Notes under the pieces: model-generated
What the model saw: the letters and a program-made list of their open reading frames with translations, nothing else
Database searches by the model: none
What the model was told of the DNA's origin: nothing
IMG/VR virus record: IMGVR_UViG_3300009128_000008
Span: 20,696-84,695 of that record
Length of the DNA: 64,000 nucleotides
Source of the DNA: a virus
Strand: one strand, 5' to 3'
Translations under genes and position numbers: made by a program
Shown: piece after piece, positions 48,492 to 59,278 of the stretch
Position numbering within the stretch: the stretch's first letter is position 1
Layout of the letters: every line of letters starts with the position of its first letter

Positions 48492-49297
48492 GTATCAAAT
48501 ATATCACACATACTTCCATTGTGCAGATATTCGTCTATATCTCCATACTCTTCCGGGAGATGTAGCTTTTTTATATTTATATATTTTGAATATTTGCTAA
48601 TTATTTTCTTTTCTGCTTTTTTTCCAGCAGAATCATTGTCTAATAATAAATAAAGATTGTCAGTTGCTTTTTTAAGCCTATGGAAATGATACCGGCTCAA
48701 ATTTGTGCCACCAAGTGCAACAGTATTCTGAAAACCACTACCATGACAACTAATACAATCTATTTGGCCTTCCACTAGAATAACTCCTCCTCTTTTATGG
48801 ATGGCCTTCTTTGCTTGGTATAGGCCAAATAAATATAACGATTTGTTAAATATCGTATTTTTATACTTTGGTATTTCCAACTCAACTTGCTCACGATCTG
48901 AGAGCATAGTTCTGCCAGTCAATGCCAAAATATTACCATATTCATCCTTATATGGAAAAATAATATTATGATGCCCAAAATACCCTTTTCTTTTCGATAT
49001 GATATGAGATCTATCTTGAGCAAACCACGTCCCCATTAGACGTAAATCAGACAAAGTTTTTTCGCCTACTTCTGAAATTAATACGTCCAAATGTTCATCA
49101 TCCGGAAAATATCCCACATCAAATTTGTTTATATTGTACTGTGATATACGAGGGGCAATATACTCCCTTACTCCGGCTGCTATATCACTATATGCTAGCA
49201 ACTTTTTACAAGAATATACGACCTCCGCATACATTTCTGATTGCGCAAGAAAGTCGCGCGATACCTGTATGTCGCGAGATATATTTGCTACAATCAT
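48485..49297 (-). CDS. dnaG: DnaG-type primase catalytic core (no N-terminal Zn finger)
   Basis: IIFP..G.ILALTGR, PKYKNT, LFGL, ILVEGQID, VALGGT and LLDNDSAG (TOPRIM). Confidence 0.9.
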   Translation of the reverse strand: MIVANISRDIQVSRDFLAQSEMYAEVVYSCKKLLAYSDIAAGVREYIAPRISQYNINKFDVGYFPDDEHLDVLISEVGEKTLSDLRLMGTWFAQDRSHIISKRKGYFGHHNIIFPYKDEYGNILALTGRTMLSDREQVELEIPKYKNTIFNKSLYLFGLYQAKKAIHKRGGVILVEGQIDCISCHGSGFQNTVALGGTNLSRYHFHRLKKATDNLYLLLDNDSAGKKAEKKIISKYSKYINIKKLHLPEEYGDIDEYLHNGSMCDIFDTC

Positions 49298-49648
49298 TTA
49301 CTGTGGGCGCTGGGTTCGCAAAAATTCTAAAACTGTCTGACGATACGGAGCACTAAGCTTATCTAGTTCTTTTCCGCACTTAAAACACACGAGCTTATCC
49401 TCCTTATCAACCTTAATAAGCTTAGGTGGCCCTTCTGTGTTACATTTATCACATTTCACCGCAAATGCCTGCTGACGCTTATCATCGCGCCTAATTTGCC
49501 CCAAGGCTCTCATCTGCGTCTTAGCAAATTCAGTAACACTCTTAATGGGCTCGCCACATTCAGCACAAATAGCCTCATTTGTCTCAAGATCCAATTTCGG
49601 CTCTTGATGCTTTCCACAACCCTTATTATCACAATATACTACAAACAT
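49298..49648 (-). CDS. Double zinc-ribbon protein
   Basis: CDNKGC, CAEC, CDKC and CFKC; its stop abuts the primase ATG. Confidence 0.7.
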   Translation of the reverse strand: MFVVYCDNKGCGKHQEPKLDLETNEAICAECGEPIKSVTEFAKTQMRALGQIRRDDKRQQAFAVKCDKCNTEGPPKLIKVDKEDKLVCFKCGKELDKLSAPYRQTVLEFLRTQRPQ

Positions 49649-50661
49649 TATTTTTCCTTATCTTCCTCTTTTAATACTTCCATTAATTTAGAAACATCCT
49701 TTGGATACTTAATATCTAACACGAAAAAATGATCTCCCCTATTAGGAACGCCATATCCAGCTAACCTTATCTTTTCCCTATTCCTAACGCCAGCTCGAAC
49801 TTTTAAATCCTTTTCTCCTTTTACAGTCCTTACCTTTTTTGTTACACCCGCTAGAGCTTCATATAATGTTAGCTCTAATTTAGAAGAAACATTATTCTCT
49901 TCCAGTGTCATATCCTTATCAGAATCTACAGAAATCTTAACAAAAGCATCATCTCTTGCTCGGCCCAATATATTACCACCGCCACGCACCCTTAGCGTCC
50001 AACCATCTTGAACCCCTCCAGGCACCTGTATTTCAAGCTCAGCCTCTTCTTGGTTAAACCCGTCATTACACCCATCACATTTTTTTAACAATTTACCGAT
50101 GCCCATACACTGGCCACACTGTGTATGTACCGCCACTCTCTGAAAACCATTGCCAAATGTTTCATTTTTCCCACCAGTTCCTCCGCAACCGGGACATGGC
50201 GCATTCATAATTTCCTTGCCAATACCGCTACACTTATCACACAAAGTATGTCGTTTGATATCGATTTTCTTTTCACACCCAAGAACAGATTCGTTAAAAG
50301 AGATTCTTACATGTGACCTTACTGCCGGCGGAGTTGCAATGGGACGATTAACATTAAACCCTCCAAAACCACCCATGCCGCCCATACCGCCCATACCACC
50401 AGACGCCCTAGCCCTATTAATAAAATCATTAAGATTACTAAAGTCATGTTGCTCCCAATGACCCGAGCTAGAATGATAACTTTTTGGATCTTTTAGATAT
50501 TCAAATGCAGAAGATAATTTTTTATACTCCTCTTCGGCATTTTCTTCTTTATTAACATCGGGGTGCTTCTTGGCGGCCAATTTGCGGAACTGCTTCTTAA
50601 TATCTTCATCTGAAGCCGAAGCATCTAATCCTAATATCTTTAACGCTTCTGCTCGGTTCAT
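49648..50661 (-). CDS. dnaJ: DnaJ chaperone (class A architecture)
   Basis: J domain with HPD, G/F/M-rich linker, CxxCxGxG repeats and a C-terminal domain. Confidence 0.93.
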   Translation of the reverse strand: MNRAEALKILGLDASASDEDIKKQFRKLAAKKHPDVNKEENAEEEYKKLSSAFEYLKDPKSYHSSSGHWEQHDFSNLNDFINRARASGGMGGMGGMGGFGGFNVNRPIATPPAVRSHVRISFNESVLGCEKKIDIKRHTLCDKCSGIGKEIMNAPCPGCGGTGGKNETFGNGFQRVAVHTQCGQCMGIGKLLKKCDGCNDGFNQEEAELEIQVPGGVQDGWTLRVRGGGNILGRARDDAFVKISVDSDKDMTLEENNVSSKLELTLYEALAGVTKKVRTVKGEKDLKVRAGVRNREKIRLAGYGVPNRGDHFFVLDIKYPKDVSKLMEVLKEEDKEK

Positions 50662-51296
50662 TTTTTAGTCTTCCTTTTCTTCCTTGTTTTCTTTTTGGCA
50701 GTTTTCTTTTTACTTTTCTTTTTTCGTGATTTAGGTTTCTTTATCTGCTCATGATCTAAACCGCCCTGTTCTATTTTAACATAACACAATCCCACCGCAA
50801 TCGAATCAGCAATATCATAATTTTCTACAGCTATATTTTTAATTCTATTTAAAAAATAAGGATATTCTATTTTTAATATACTAGCAACTAAATCAGGAAT
50901 ATCTTCTTTTTGCGGCGTCTCATCTGCTAGTTTAATAGTTTTCCTTATAAATTCAACCGGATATAAATAGGGCGGTCGGCCCAACCACTCAAAAATAGTG
51001 ATCCCAATTACACGATTCACAGCAGATAAAAGAGTAGTAGTATGGGCCGTACTTTTCCCTCTCATATACAATATAATATCCTCTAGTGCCACCTCATCCG
51101 GATTAAACTCATCCAACTTACTCCATATATACTGTCGGATTTTGAACAGCCTCTCGAAGATATTTCCTTTTTTTGGCGGCTTGAAAAATTCTTTATGCTC
51201 TAATTTTATATTCGCATCACTATAAGACAACACACAAAGCCCTATTGTTGTTGAGCTTGCGTCTATTCCCATGACATATTTTCTTTTACTTCCCAT
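50658..51296 (-). CDS. ruvC: RuvC-like Holliday junction resolvase
   Basis: VMGIDAS..IG, VALED and DIADSIAVG; likely start at 51296. Confidence 0.8.
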   Translation of the reverse strand: MGSKRKYVMGIDASSTTIGLCVLSYSDANIKLEHKEFFKPPKKGNIFERLFKIRQYIWSKLDEFNPDEVALEDIILYMRGKSTAHTTTLLSAVNRVIGITIFEWLGRPPYLYPVEFIRKTIKLADETPQKEDIPDLVASILKIEYPYFLNRIKNIAVENYDIADSIAVGLCYVKIEQGGLDHEQIKKPKSRKKKSKKKTAKKKTRKKRKTKK

Positions 51297-51314
51297 ATAT
51301 ATGTAATATAACAT

Positions 51315-51349
51315 AAAAAAATAGCCCCAATATTAAATCGGGGCTATTT
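51315..51349 (-). terminator. Intrinsic terminator after the SSB gene
   Basis: AAATAGCCCC..GGGGCTATTT stem with a T-run on the minus strand. Confidence 0.8.
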
Positions 51350-51379
51350 AAGAACAGAAAAATAATAAATCAGTTCACA

Positions 51380-52096
51380 CTAGTTTACAGCGGGAAACGT
51401 ATAATCACTTTCATTTTCCTGTTGGGCCGGTTGTGGTGCAGAATCTGTCTCAGGCGCTGGCGCGGCTGCTACAGCTTCCTTATTTGACCCTTTATTGCGC
51501 TTGTTGTTGTTTCGATCTTTGATAAACGCTAATTTAGCCAACACCTTGTCCGGAGTTGGAGGAGAGCATTTACGCTTCAGCTCATCAGAATCAGCATGGC
51601 TCTTTTTAATCTCAACGTCTTCTGTGGACAAATTGGTTGGAGGCTGAGGAATAACCGTGTAATATCCGGTTGCGCCGCCATCCTTATCCACAACAACATC
51701 AATATCATATCGTCCAGGATCTCCCCAAGCATCATTCTTATTTAGTTTCTTTAAAGCAAAGAAAATGCTCGGACTCATATCCAAAACCTTATAACTCTGG
51801 GTTTTACGATCAATGACCCCAATATACCAACGTCTAGTCCTCTTCACGCCCATATCACAAAGCGGGCAAGAATCATGATACTTACTGCACATGACTTTGT
51901 CGCCATATCCAGGATCGCTAGCATTCTCCTTATACTTATGATACCAATATTGAAACGGCTGTGTTACTACGCGAAGTAAATTACTACCTTCGCTCAACCG
52001 AATAAACTCATCCTTACGCTTATTACCATTATTACCCGAAGGATAATCATCTGCGCCCCATGTTACCAAACCAAAATCTTCTCTTTCTTCACTCAT
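51380..52096 (-). CDS. Phage single-stranded DNA-binding protein (gp32-like)
   Basis: FIRLSEG.NLLRV, H..C....CPLC Zn site, WGDP..YDI and an acidic tail; lies near recA. Confidence 0.7.
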   Translation of the reverse strand: MSEEREDFGLVTWGADDYPSGNNGNKRKDEFIRLSEGSNLLRVVTQPFQYWYHKYKENASDPGYGDKVMCSKYHDSCPLCDMGVKRTRRWYIGVIDRKTQSYKVLDMSPSIFFALKKLNKNDAWGDPGRYDIDVVVDKDGGATGYYTVIPQPPTNLSTEDVEIKKSHADSDELKRKCSPPTPDKVLAKLAFIKDRNNNKRNKGSNKEAVAAAPAPETDSAPQPAQQENESDYTFPAVN

Positions 52097-52113
52097 TGTA
52101 TTACTCCTTTAAA

Positions 52114-52437
52114 TTACGCTTTTGTCCTATATGTTACATTTTGAACGCTAATTACTACATGCCAAGGAAAGACCATACTCGACAACGAAAATCCATCCTT
52201 ATTAACTCTATCAACAGCGTCCTCATATGTTTTTATTATCTCTACACGCGTGGGTTTTATTTCATATCCGATACACTCTAAAACAAAGTTTCCTTGTGTA
52301 ACGTTATTGGATATGAAAGCCCGAATCTTACCTGTTTCTCCGGGCTCCTTAACCCTTATTAAATATACGATTTTATTACCAGATCCACCGGGCAGATCCT
52401 TAATTTTTGTGCTCATTTTACTAGTAGTTCTTGCCAC
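52114..52437 (-). CDS. Hypothetical protein
   Basis: 107-aa co-oriented ORF; GAGGTG lies just upstream of an alternative-start codon. Confidence 0.65.
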   Translation of the reverse strand: MARTTSKMSTKIKDLPGGSGNKIVYLIRVKEPGETGKIRAFISNNVTQGNFVLECIGYEIKPTRVEIIKTYEDAVDRVNKDGFSLSSMVFPWHVVISVQNVTYRTKA

Positions 52438-52462
52438 TTTCTCACCTCGACAAATCTAATAA

Positions 52463-53467
52463 TTATTCTCCATCCCAGCCGTCTTCATTATCATCCTCCT
52501 CCTCAATGTCGGCGGCTGATTGGAAGTCTTTGCCCACCAACTTATAAGCAGGATCTTTCTTGTTCACACTAACTCCGCCAGCTGTAATATCTAATATCAT
52601 TTCGGCAATAGTATCTTCGCCTTCAAATAAGTGGTTCTTTTTAACTCGGGCTCTGGTAGATATGCCAATTTTTCGCTTTACCTTGTCCCGAACTTTAAAA
52701 AGATCTGCCTTTCTAGTTAACTGCGTAATCAGGCTAGAAAAATATGCCACCTTTTGACCGCCAGACTCAACCTGCCCGGGAGCGCCAATATTAGCATATG
52801 TCTGATTAATTAACAGCGTTCCAATATTATACTTGTTTGTACTCCTGTTCCTATATGTCTCCATCAGCTGCACAAACCCCCGACAAACAATGGCATTTTC
52901 TTTTGAAGCCTCAGCCATTTGCCTGGAATCACGCTTAGATTTTGTCATTTCCGCCGTAGGTAATGAACCGCCAACAGAATCCCACACCAACAGAACCTTT
53001 TGATCGGGATTAATTTCCATCGTAGAATGCACATACGCATCTAATAAATCTGCACCTTCTAAAATCATCTTATTTGGGACTAGTAACAGGTCATCCGAAC
53101 AGCCCCCAAAATAATTATCAAACCTCTTAGCGCTAAATTTGCCCTCAGCATCCCATAAAATTACCACATCGCCTTGTTTTTGCGCTCGTGTCATAAATTC
53201 CATAGCATGTGTACTCTTACCAGAATCAGGCTTTCCAGATATCTGTACAATCTTACCATATGGAATGCCGCGAATACTTGTTAACAACTCCCACGGCGAA
53301 TCCTTCCAACAAACAAAATCAGAATCTTCACTTGGCTTAACAATGCCAGAGCCACGAACTAACTGTTCCCCAAACGCCTTTTCCTTGTTCTTAAATCTTG
53401 CGCGGGATTTCTCTACTATTTTATCTAAATCTATTTTTACTACACCATTACGGTCATTACTAGTCAT
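52463..53467 (-). CDS. recA: RecA/UvsX recombinase
   Basis: GIPYGKIVQISGKPDSGKST (Walker A), WDAE, LVWDSVG, LINQ, SGGQKV.YFS and VKKNH. Confidence 0.9.
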   Translation of the reverse strand: MTSNDRNGVVKIDLDKIVEKSRARFKNKEKAFGEQLVRGSGIVKPSEDSDFVCWKDSPWELLTSIRGIPYGKIVQISGKPDSGKSTHAMEFMTRAQKQGDVVILWDAEGKFSAKRFDNYFGGCSDDLLLVPNKMILEGADLLDAYVHSTMEINPDQKVLLVWDSVGGSLPTAEMTKSKRDSRQMAEASKENAIVCRGFVQLMETYRNRSTNKYNIGTLLINQTYANIGAPGQVESGGQKVAYFSSLITQLTRKADLFKVRDKVKRKIGISTRARVKKNHLFEGEDTIAEMILDITAGGVSVNKKDPAYKLVGKDFQSAADIEEEDDNEDGWDGE

Positions 53468-53475
53468 TTTATCAC

Positions 53476-53985
53476 CTATGCTTTATTTAAATTTCTAAAA
53501 AAAACATGGGCCTCTTTTAAAATCTCATAAACATAACGCCATTTTTTGCTTTCTTTCTCTAACTTTACAAATGCTTTTTTAGCGTCTTTAACTTCTGGAG
53601 CATAAGAGGCCATACGTTTTATCGATGCTTCTGTTATTTTTGTGCCACTATCGACTGCCTTTGCTTTATAATCATCAGCCATCGCGCCTTCTATATAATC
53701 AGTCTCATATTTGGCACTCTTGGCGGTTGACTCAGCATCAGCATAAAACTCCGCAAGTTCTATTTGGCCTTCTAAAGCCAAAGCAGCAACCTGGGAACAT
53801 TTGGATAAATCAAAATTTCCAGTCCTTACTCGCACTATTTGTTGTTGAATCACATCAACTAATTTCTGAACTTTAGCTGCACGAGTATAACCGTTCCAAT
53901 CTTTAGGTAGGGCATTTAAACTGTCGTCCCCTGGAGATACAGCATCATCCCATCCGACAGCATCATCCTGCTTGTTATCGGTCAT
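53476..53985 (-). CDS. Candidate recombination mediator (UvsY-like)
   Basis: Helical protein with KITEASIK, immediately upstream of recA. Confidence 0.4.
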   Translation of the reverse strand: MTDNKQDDAVGWDDAVSPGDDSLNALPKDWNGYTRAAKVQKLVDVIQQQIVRVRTGNFDLSKCSQVAALALEGQIELAEFYADAESTAKSAKYETDYIEGAMADDYKAKAVDSGTKITEASIKRMASYAPEVKDAKKAFVKLEKESKKWRYVYEILKEAHVFFRNLNKA

Positions 53986-54018
53986 AATACACCTTCTTAA
54001 ATATAAATTATAAATACG

Positions 54019-54363
54019 TTATTTCTTGTCCGACTCGACTAATTTAAGCTTCTTAATCAGTTGTTTTGCCTCTTTGATTACACGCCTTCCCTCCTGCACC
54101 ACGCTCTCTACCTCAGTACACGCATCGCCTAAATGTTGGTGAACCATAACATTCACCAAAAACATATAAACCTCCATGCTTGTATATTTAGACTTGGGTG
54201 GAATTAAAAATACTATACGCCCCTGCCCATCAGTCTCAAACAATCCTTGAAACAAATCTTTGCCATCAAAATTCGGACGATCGTAGGACTTACAAATCTC
54301 CTGATATAGTTTAAACTCAGAATCAGTTAAGTCTATCCTTTTATTATCAATGACTCTAAGCAT
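54019..54363 (-). CDS. Hypothetical protein
   Basis: 114-aa co-oriented ORF. Confidence 0.65.
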   Translation of the reverse strand: MLRVIDNKRIDLTDSEFKLYQEICKSYDRPNFDGKDLFQGLFETDGQGRIVFLIPPKSKYTSMEVYMFLVNVMVHQHLGDACTEVESVVQEGRRVIKEAKQLIKKLKLVESDKK

Positions 54364-54368
54364 ATTTG

Positions 54369-55106
54369 TTAATAGCCTCTGCGAAATGAGTTCTTTCCGC
54401 CACCACCATCTAATGCAGCTTTTTGTTTCTGCAACTTAGCCATTCTAGCTGCCTGTAATGGCGCCGGGATATCTCCAGAAACTCCCGGATCACCCTGGCT
54501 TAATGTCTCCATAATCGCCGCTTGTTCTTGTGGTGATAAAGGAGGCCCCTCGCTACCACCACCACCTAATACCACGCTGTTGTTAGCTAATACCTTCTTG
54601 GCTAACGGCTCTGCCGACTGATGTTCTTCTTGATAATCCTCTGGGTATTCATCTTCTATTTCTTCGGGGTTCACATACATATTTGCGCTTTCATCAGAAC
54701 CAGCCGCCTGCTTTAATCTACTTGCAATTGCTCGCAAATCCTTCTTCTTGCTATATCCAGCACGGTCCAAATATTCTTTCACCGGATTGTCAGCAACCTT
54801 TACAGTCGGAATATCGCCACGCTCTTGAGCCTGAGCCTGAACTTGATTCGGTTTTCTATGGAATTGTGTTGGTTCCGCTTCGCCAATCTTAGTTAGTCTA
54901 TAATTCGATAATAGCCACCCAGTAATACTTTCGGCATCTGCGGACTTCATCTCTTCCATGGCGGTGCGCAACTCTTCTAATAACTGTTTGTGTTCATCAG
55001 AGTACATCTGACCACCACATCCTGGACACACCCCGCTATTTATCGCGGCAACCCACTCCGGCGGAATTTCTGCATTACACGTCATACATTTCATATTATT
55101 CTCCAA
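54369..55106 (-). CDS. Zinc-ribbon-containing hypothetical protein
   Basis: CMTC..CPGCG at the N-terminus. Confidence 0.65.
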   Translation of the reverse strand: MENNMKCMTCNAEIPPEWVAAINSGVCPGCGGQMYSDEHKQLLEELRTAMEEMKSADAESITGWLLSNYRLTKIGEAEPTQFHRKPNQVQAQAQERGDIPTVKVADNPVKEYLDRAGYSKKKDLRAIASRLKQAAGSDESANMYVNPEEIEDEYPEDYQEEHQSAEPLAKKVLANNSVVLGGGGSEGPPLSPQEQAAIMETLSQGDPGVSGDIPAPLQAARMAKLQKQKAALDGGGGKNSFRRGY

Positions 55107-55110
55107 TTTA

Positions 55111-58100
55111 TTATATATCAGCGTGTCCTTCTTCGATCAGCTCATCCTCAATAGTTTCTAATAATTTTTCTCGATCAATTTTTGAGACCTTCTTTCTCTT
55201 CCTCTTGCCTACCACCCTCATAGAAACTTTCCTAGCTTTTAGGTCAGATGGCTTGGGTGGAATTGGGGCCACGCGTTTTAAGTCACTGAATATTAATGAC
55301 AAATTATTCTCATACCAATTAGCCGATGCAGCACAATGAACAGCAATTCCAGGTTCCAATGTCATATTTTTAGATCCTAATAATTTTATTCTATTATTAA
55401 ATTTTTCTAAACCACTAGGAAATATTGTCATAGCTACGACATTGCCATAAGGATCTTCTAAATCCACTTTTGCCATTATCTCGCCAAAAATCTTACTATC
55501 CTCTTTCTTAACCTTAAATTCAAAATAATTACGAATCACTCCCTCAACAATACCATCAGACGCTGTAATCTCATAGCGATCGTTTGATTCCTCATCCTCT
55601 GGAAATAATTCCGGCAACTTAGAAAAATCCAACGCCCTACTATTAAAAAACCCGGGATATGCCTCTCTTATTCCACAGCATAACCCTTCGCCAATATAAT
55701 AATGCTCCATTGCATATTTTTCGGGAACTGTCCACTCGCCAACATCATCGGGCCATGGATATTCAAATTCACGTACATCAGTTTCAGGATTTCTCTTGAC
55801 CCATACCTGCAGCTTTTTCTTATAATCACTGGCATATAAAAACATCCTCTTCCTGGATATGCCAAACGAATCAAGACCACCGCTGGCCGCTAATGCCTGA
55901 ATAGATCTGGCCGACACTTTTCTGCCCTCAACTCTAGATAAAAAATCCTCAAAACTATTAAACGGACGCTTATTAAGAATCTCAGGAATTGCATCTTTAC
56001 CCATAAACTTTAAAGCATCTAAGCCTGTCATCAATGTTTTTTCATCAATAATTTTATAGGTTGTGTCTGATTTATTCACGTCTGGCGGCAAAATAGTTAC
56101 ATCCCAGCCACGAATCTCATCTTTGATCTTAGCAATATTATCTTCCGAAATCTTAGCCCCAGAATTCACCTCAAACATCAAGTTTGCCGTCATAAATTCT
56201 AATGGAAAATGAGCCTTTAGATACGCAGATTGATATCCTAAAAAGCTATAGAATATCGCATGACTCTTATTAAAAGCATATCCCTGGAATTTTTCTACAA
56301 TCTTGTCCCAGATTTGTGTGGCTGTCTTCCTAGGAACATATTTATTATTTACAGCTCCCTCAATAAAATCTTTTCTCCACACTCTAACCTTGGCCGGATC
56401 TTTGCCCTTTTCCTTGGTTAATTTGCGCAAACGATCCGCCTCATGCATATCCCACCCGGCAACATCTTGGGCAACATACATCAAACACTCTTCAAATACG
56501 GCAAATCCATAAGTGCTTTCAAACGCCCTTTTAAGATATGGATGTAATAATTCGGTTTCCTCACCACTATCGCGAGCTTTAATAAATGGCTTGCGAACAC
56601 TTTTTGCGTTTGGTCTTAATAACGCATTGATAAGCGCCAAGTCTTCTATACATTTCGGCTTTATTCGCTTACATAAATCAATTGCCCCGCCACTAGTACC
56701 TAATTGAAAGATACAAAAAGTATCTCCCCTAGAAATCATCTCATATGTCTTCGGATCATTTGCGTCATAATCAATTATTTCCTTAATCGGAGGTGTTTTA
56801 CCAGCCAGCTTAATTAACTGTAAAGTATTAATTATGATGTCTAATGTTGAAACACCAAGAATATCCATCTTAACCAGACCATTGGCTTCAGTTCTTTTCT
56901 TCTCATATTCTAGCGCAACAGTACCATCTTTATCTCGTCTAAGCGGAACACATTCTGCCAAAGGACGTTTGCCAATTACCAACCCGCCAGCATGTGTAGA
57001 CCATACCTTAGCTATACCTCCCAAATCACCCGCAAATTTCTTTAATTCCGGATACTTCAGAGAATTAGCATACTCTTGAAATAATGGAGCTTTATTAAGA
57101 GCTGAATCCAATGTTGTAATATCAGCGGGAATGGCATCTGCTATAGCCGTACCCATTTCCACAGCTGCTTTCTGATTGCCACCATATTCAAATGCTCTAG
57201 CAATATCTCTAGCGAAAACCTTAGGAGTCATTGTATTAACATTACTAATATGAGCTACCTTATCATCCCCGTATTTATCGCGAATATATTGCTGAACTAA
57301 CTCTTTGCCATATGACGCAAAATCCAAATCAATATCTGGATATTCTCCTTTAAACTTGTTTAAGAATCTGGCAAAAATCAATCCGTATTTAATGGGATCT
57401 GCCGTATGAATTCCCATCAAATATGTAGTTAAACTTCCTCCGGCAGAACCGCGGCCAGGACCAACCGGAATATCATTTTTATGACAATACTGAACATAGT
57501 CCGCCACAATTAACATATACGAAGAGAAACCCAGATAATCAATAACCTCAAATTCCTCGTCTAGCCTGTCAAGATACTCCTGCCGCTTGTCTTGTGGTGT
57601 TTTATATGGCATTTCCTTCAGACACCAATACCTAAGGTATGCAGAATCTTCTCTTAATTTGCGCACTTCCTCTGGCTGTTCTGACAACCAATCAAGAAAA
57701 ATGCTATAATCCCGCTGATCTGGAACTGGAAACTCTGGCAGTTCATTTCCAGATGGATTAGAATATTTAGGATTAATCCATTCTGGCTCTTCGCACATAT
57801 TGGCAAAATACAAAGAATTATCACAAAATTCCTCAGCTCTGTCTTTGTATCTGCGGGCAAAAAATTTAACTACTTCCTCGCGGCTTTTTAGATAAAATTC
57901 ATGAGAGGTATACTTAAGCCTAGAAATAGCTCTGGCAGGCATTCTTGTCCCAATTGCTAATAAAGCGTCATGAGCCTCCCAGCCGTCCTTATTCAAATAA
58001 TGAGCATCAGTAGCAGCCACCACTTTAATACCAAGCTCGTCTCCAAATTTAATTAAGGTATGATTAACTAATGTTTGATCCTCATAATCATTATACTGCG

Positions 58101-58650
58101 TAGCATTCCTTCTCATAGCATGCGGCTGTATTTCCAACGCCAAAGAATCTCCGAATATATCTTTTAAACGCTGGGCCTGTGCTTTAGCTTTATCAATTTG
58201 TCTTGTATTTATTAGCTGGGACAGAATGCCTCCACCGCAAGCAGTAGTGCAAATTAGACCATCACTACACCGCTCAAGAACATTCCAATCTATCCTTGGT
58301 AAAACTTTCTTAAATAATATAATGTGATTATCATTAGCTAGTTTATTTGCCAATAATAGATTTTTATATCCCTGATAATTCTTTGCTAACAAGATAACAT
58401 GGCGAATTTTTGAATTTTCATCAGAGACATCATCTACAAAATAAAATTCGCACCCAAATATTAGCTTCACCCCAACCTGTTTAGAATACTTTAGGCCATC
58501 CCAAGCGCCGGCAAGAGTTCCATGATCAGTAATAGCAATAGAAGACTGTCCTAATTCTTTAGCCCGTTGAAATAATTCCTTAGGCTTAATTAGGCTGTCC
58601 ATCAATGAAAATGTAGTATGATTATGTAGCGAACAATAATCAGTTGTCAT
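55111..58650 (-). CDS. dnaE: DNA polymerase III alpha subunit
   Basis: PHP motifs LHNHT.FS.MD and AITDHG; GPGRGSAGGSL, YPDIDLDF, STHAGG, LVKMDILG, YAFNKSHA and LPPDVNKS. Confidence 0.97.
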   Translation of the reverse strand: MTTDYCSLHNHTTFSLMDSLIKPKELFQRAKELGQSSIAITDHGTLAGAWDGLKYSKQVGVKLIFGCEFYFVDDVSDENSKIRHVILLAKNYQGYKNLLLANKLANDNHIILFKKVLPRIDWNVLERCSDGLICTTACGGGILSQLINTRQIDKAKAQAQRLKDIFGDSLALEIQPHAMRRNATQYNDYEDQTLVNHTLIKFGDELGIKVVAATDAHYLNKDGWEAHDALLAIGTRMPARAISRLKYTSHEFYLKSREEVVKFFARRYKDRAEEFCDNSLYFANMCEEPEWINPKYSNPSGNELPEFPVPDQRDYSIFLDWLSEQPEEVRKLREDSAYLRYWCLKEMPYKTPQDKRQEYLDRLDEEFEVIDYLGFSSYMLIVADYVQYCHKNDIPVGPGRGSAGGSLTTYLMGIHTADPIKYGLIFARFLNKFKGEYPDIDLDFASYGKELVQQYIRDKYGDDKVAHISNVNTMTPKVFARDIARAFEYGGNQKAAVEMGTAIADAIPADITTLDSALNKAPLFQEYANSLKYPELKKFAGDLGGIAKVWSTHAGGLVIGKRPLAECVPLRRDKDGTVALEYEKKRTEANGLVKMDILGVSTLDIIINTLQLIKLAGKTPPIKEIIDYDANDPKTYEMISRGDTFCIFQLGTSGGAIDLCKRIKPKCIEDLALINALLRPNAKSVRKPFIKARDSGEETELLHPYLKRAFESTYGFAVFEECLMYVAQDVAGWDMHEADRLRKLTKEKGKDPAKVRVWRKDFIEGAVNNKYVPRKTATQIWDKIVEKFQGYAFNKSHAIFYSFLGYQSAYLKAHFPLEFMTANLMFEVNSGAKISEDNIAKIKDEIRGWDVTILPPDVNKSDTTYKIIDEKTLMTGLDALKFMGKDAIPEILNKRPFNSFEDFLSRVEGRKVSARSIQALAASGGLDSFGISRKRMFLYASDYKKKLQVWVKRNPETDVREFEYPWPDDVGEWTVPEKYAMEHYYIGEGLCCGIREAYPGFFNSRALDFSKLPELFPEDEESNDRYEITASDGIVEGVIRNYFEFKVKKEDSKIFGEIMAKVDLEDPYGNVVAMTIFPSGLEKFNNRIKLLGSKNMTLEPGIAVHCAASANWYENNLSLIFSDLKRVAPIPPKPSDLKARKVSMRVVGKRKRKKVSKIDREKLLETIEDELIEEGHADI

Positions 58651-58695
58651 AAAACACCAAGCTTAATTTTTTAATATTAAAATAATTTGTCTATA

Positions 58696-58980
58696 TTACG
58701 AACTAATAGCTTTCTCCAACACCTTTTGAAACTCATCCAACTGATGCGAACAATTATTACCAGAACATCTAACATTTATTCTGGTGGCTCCGAACGAAGA
58801 GGTAGCAACCAATCCCTTTCCACGGACATAAAACACCCCGGCATTAGAAAAACTTGGAGGCGCCACATATCCGGCATCAGTAAATATCCGAAGCTGTGGC
58901 TTAAGGATTGGCCTACTTGTCTCAAAAATAAATGATTTTGATCTACAACAAGATTTTACCGGATGTCTAACGATTGACAT
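58696..58980 (-). CDS. Hypothetical protein
   Basis: 94-aa ORF coupled to the upstream gene. Confidence 0.6.
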   Translation of the reverse strand: MSIVRHPVKSCCRSKSFIFETSRPILKPQLRIFTDAGYVAPPSFSNAGVFYVRGKGLVATSSFGATRINVRCSGNNCSHQLDEFQKVLEKAISS

Positions 58981-59264
58981 TACAAGCCGCGTTTCTCAAG
59001 CGTATAAATTAAATACTTAATCATAGCATTGTTTACCACTATAACCTCTTTATACGTCTCTTCAACCTCTTTCTTTTGCTCTTTTAAATCGTTCAGCTTT
59101 ACATCACCCTTCATATCACGCTCAGTTTCAACAATTGTGCGTTGAGACTCAATCATTTTCGTCTTAATCTCGTCAGCGCCCATTGAATCAGCAGAATCCG
59201 CAAAGCCAGCAGGTAATTTTGTTTTTAGCCTAGCCGGAAATGAAATGTCTTTATTATCACTCAT
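58980..59264 (-). CDS. Small coiled-coil hypothetical protein
   Basis: 94-aa ORF in a packed operon. Confidence 0.65.
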   Translation of the reverse strand: MSDNKDISFPARLKTKLPAGFADSADSMGADEIKTKMIESQRTIVETERDMKGDVKLNDLKEQKKEVEETYKEVIVVNNAMIKYLIYTLEKRGL

Positions 59265-59278
59265 TTTTTTGTATTCCT

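Noticed and set aside
33869-58650. Inteins or introns in terL, recA or dnaE
   Set aside because: Lengths are ordinary, motifs are contiguous, and no intein termini or embedded endonuclease were seen.
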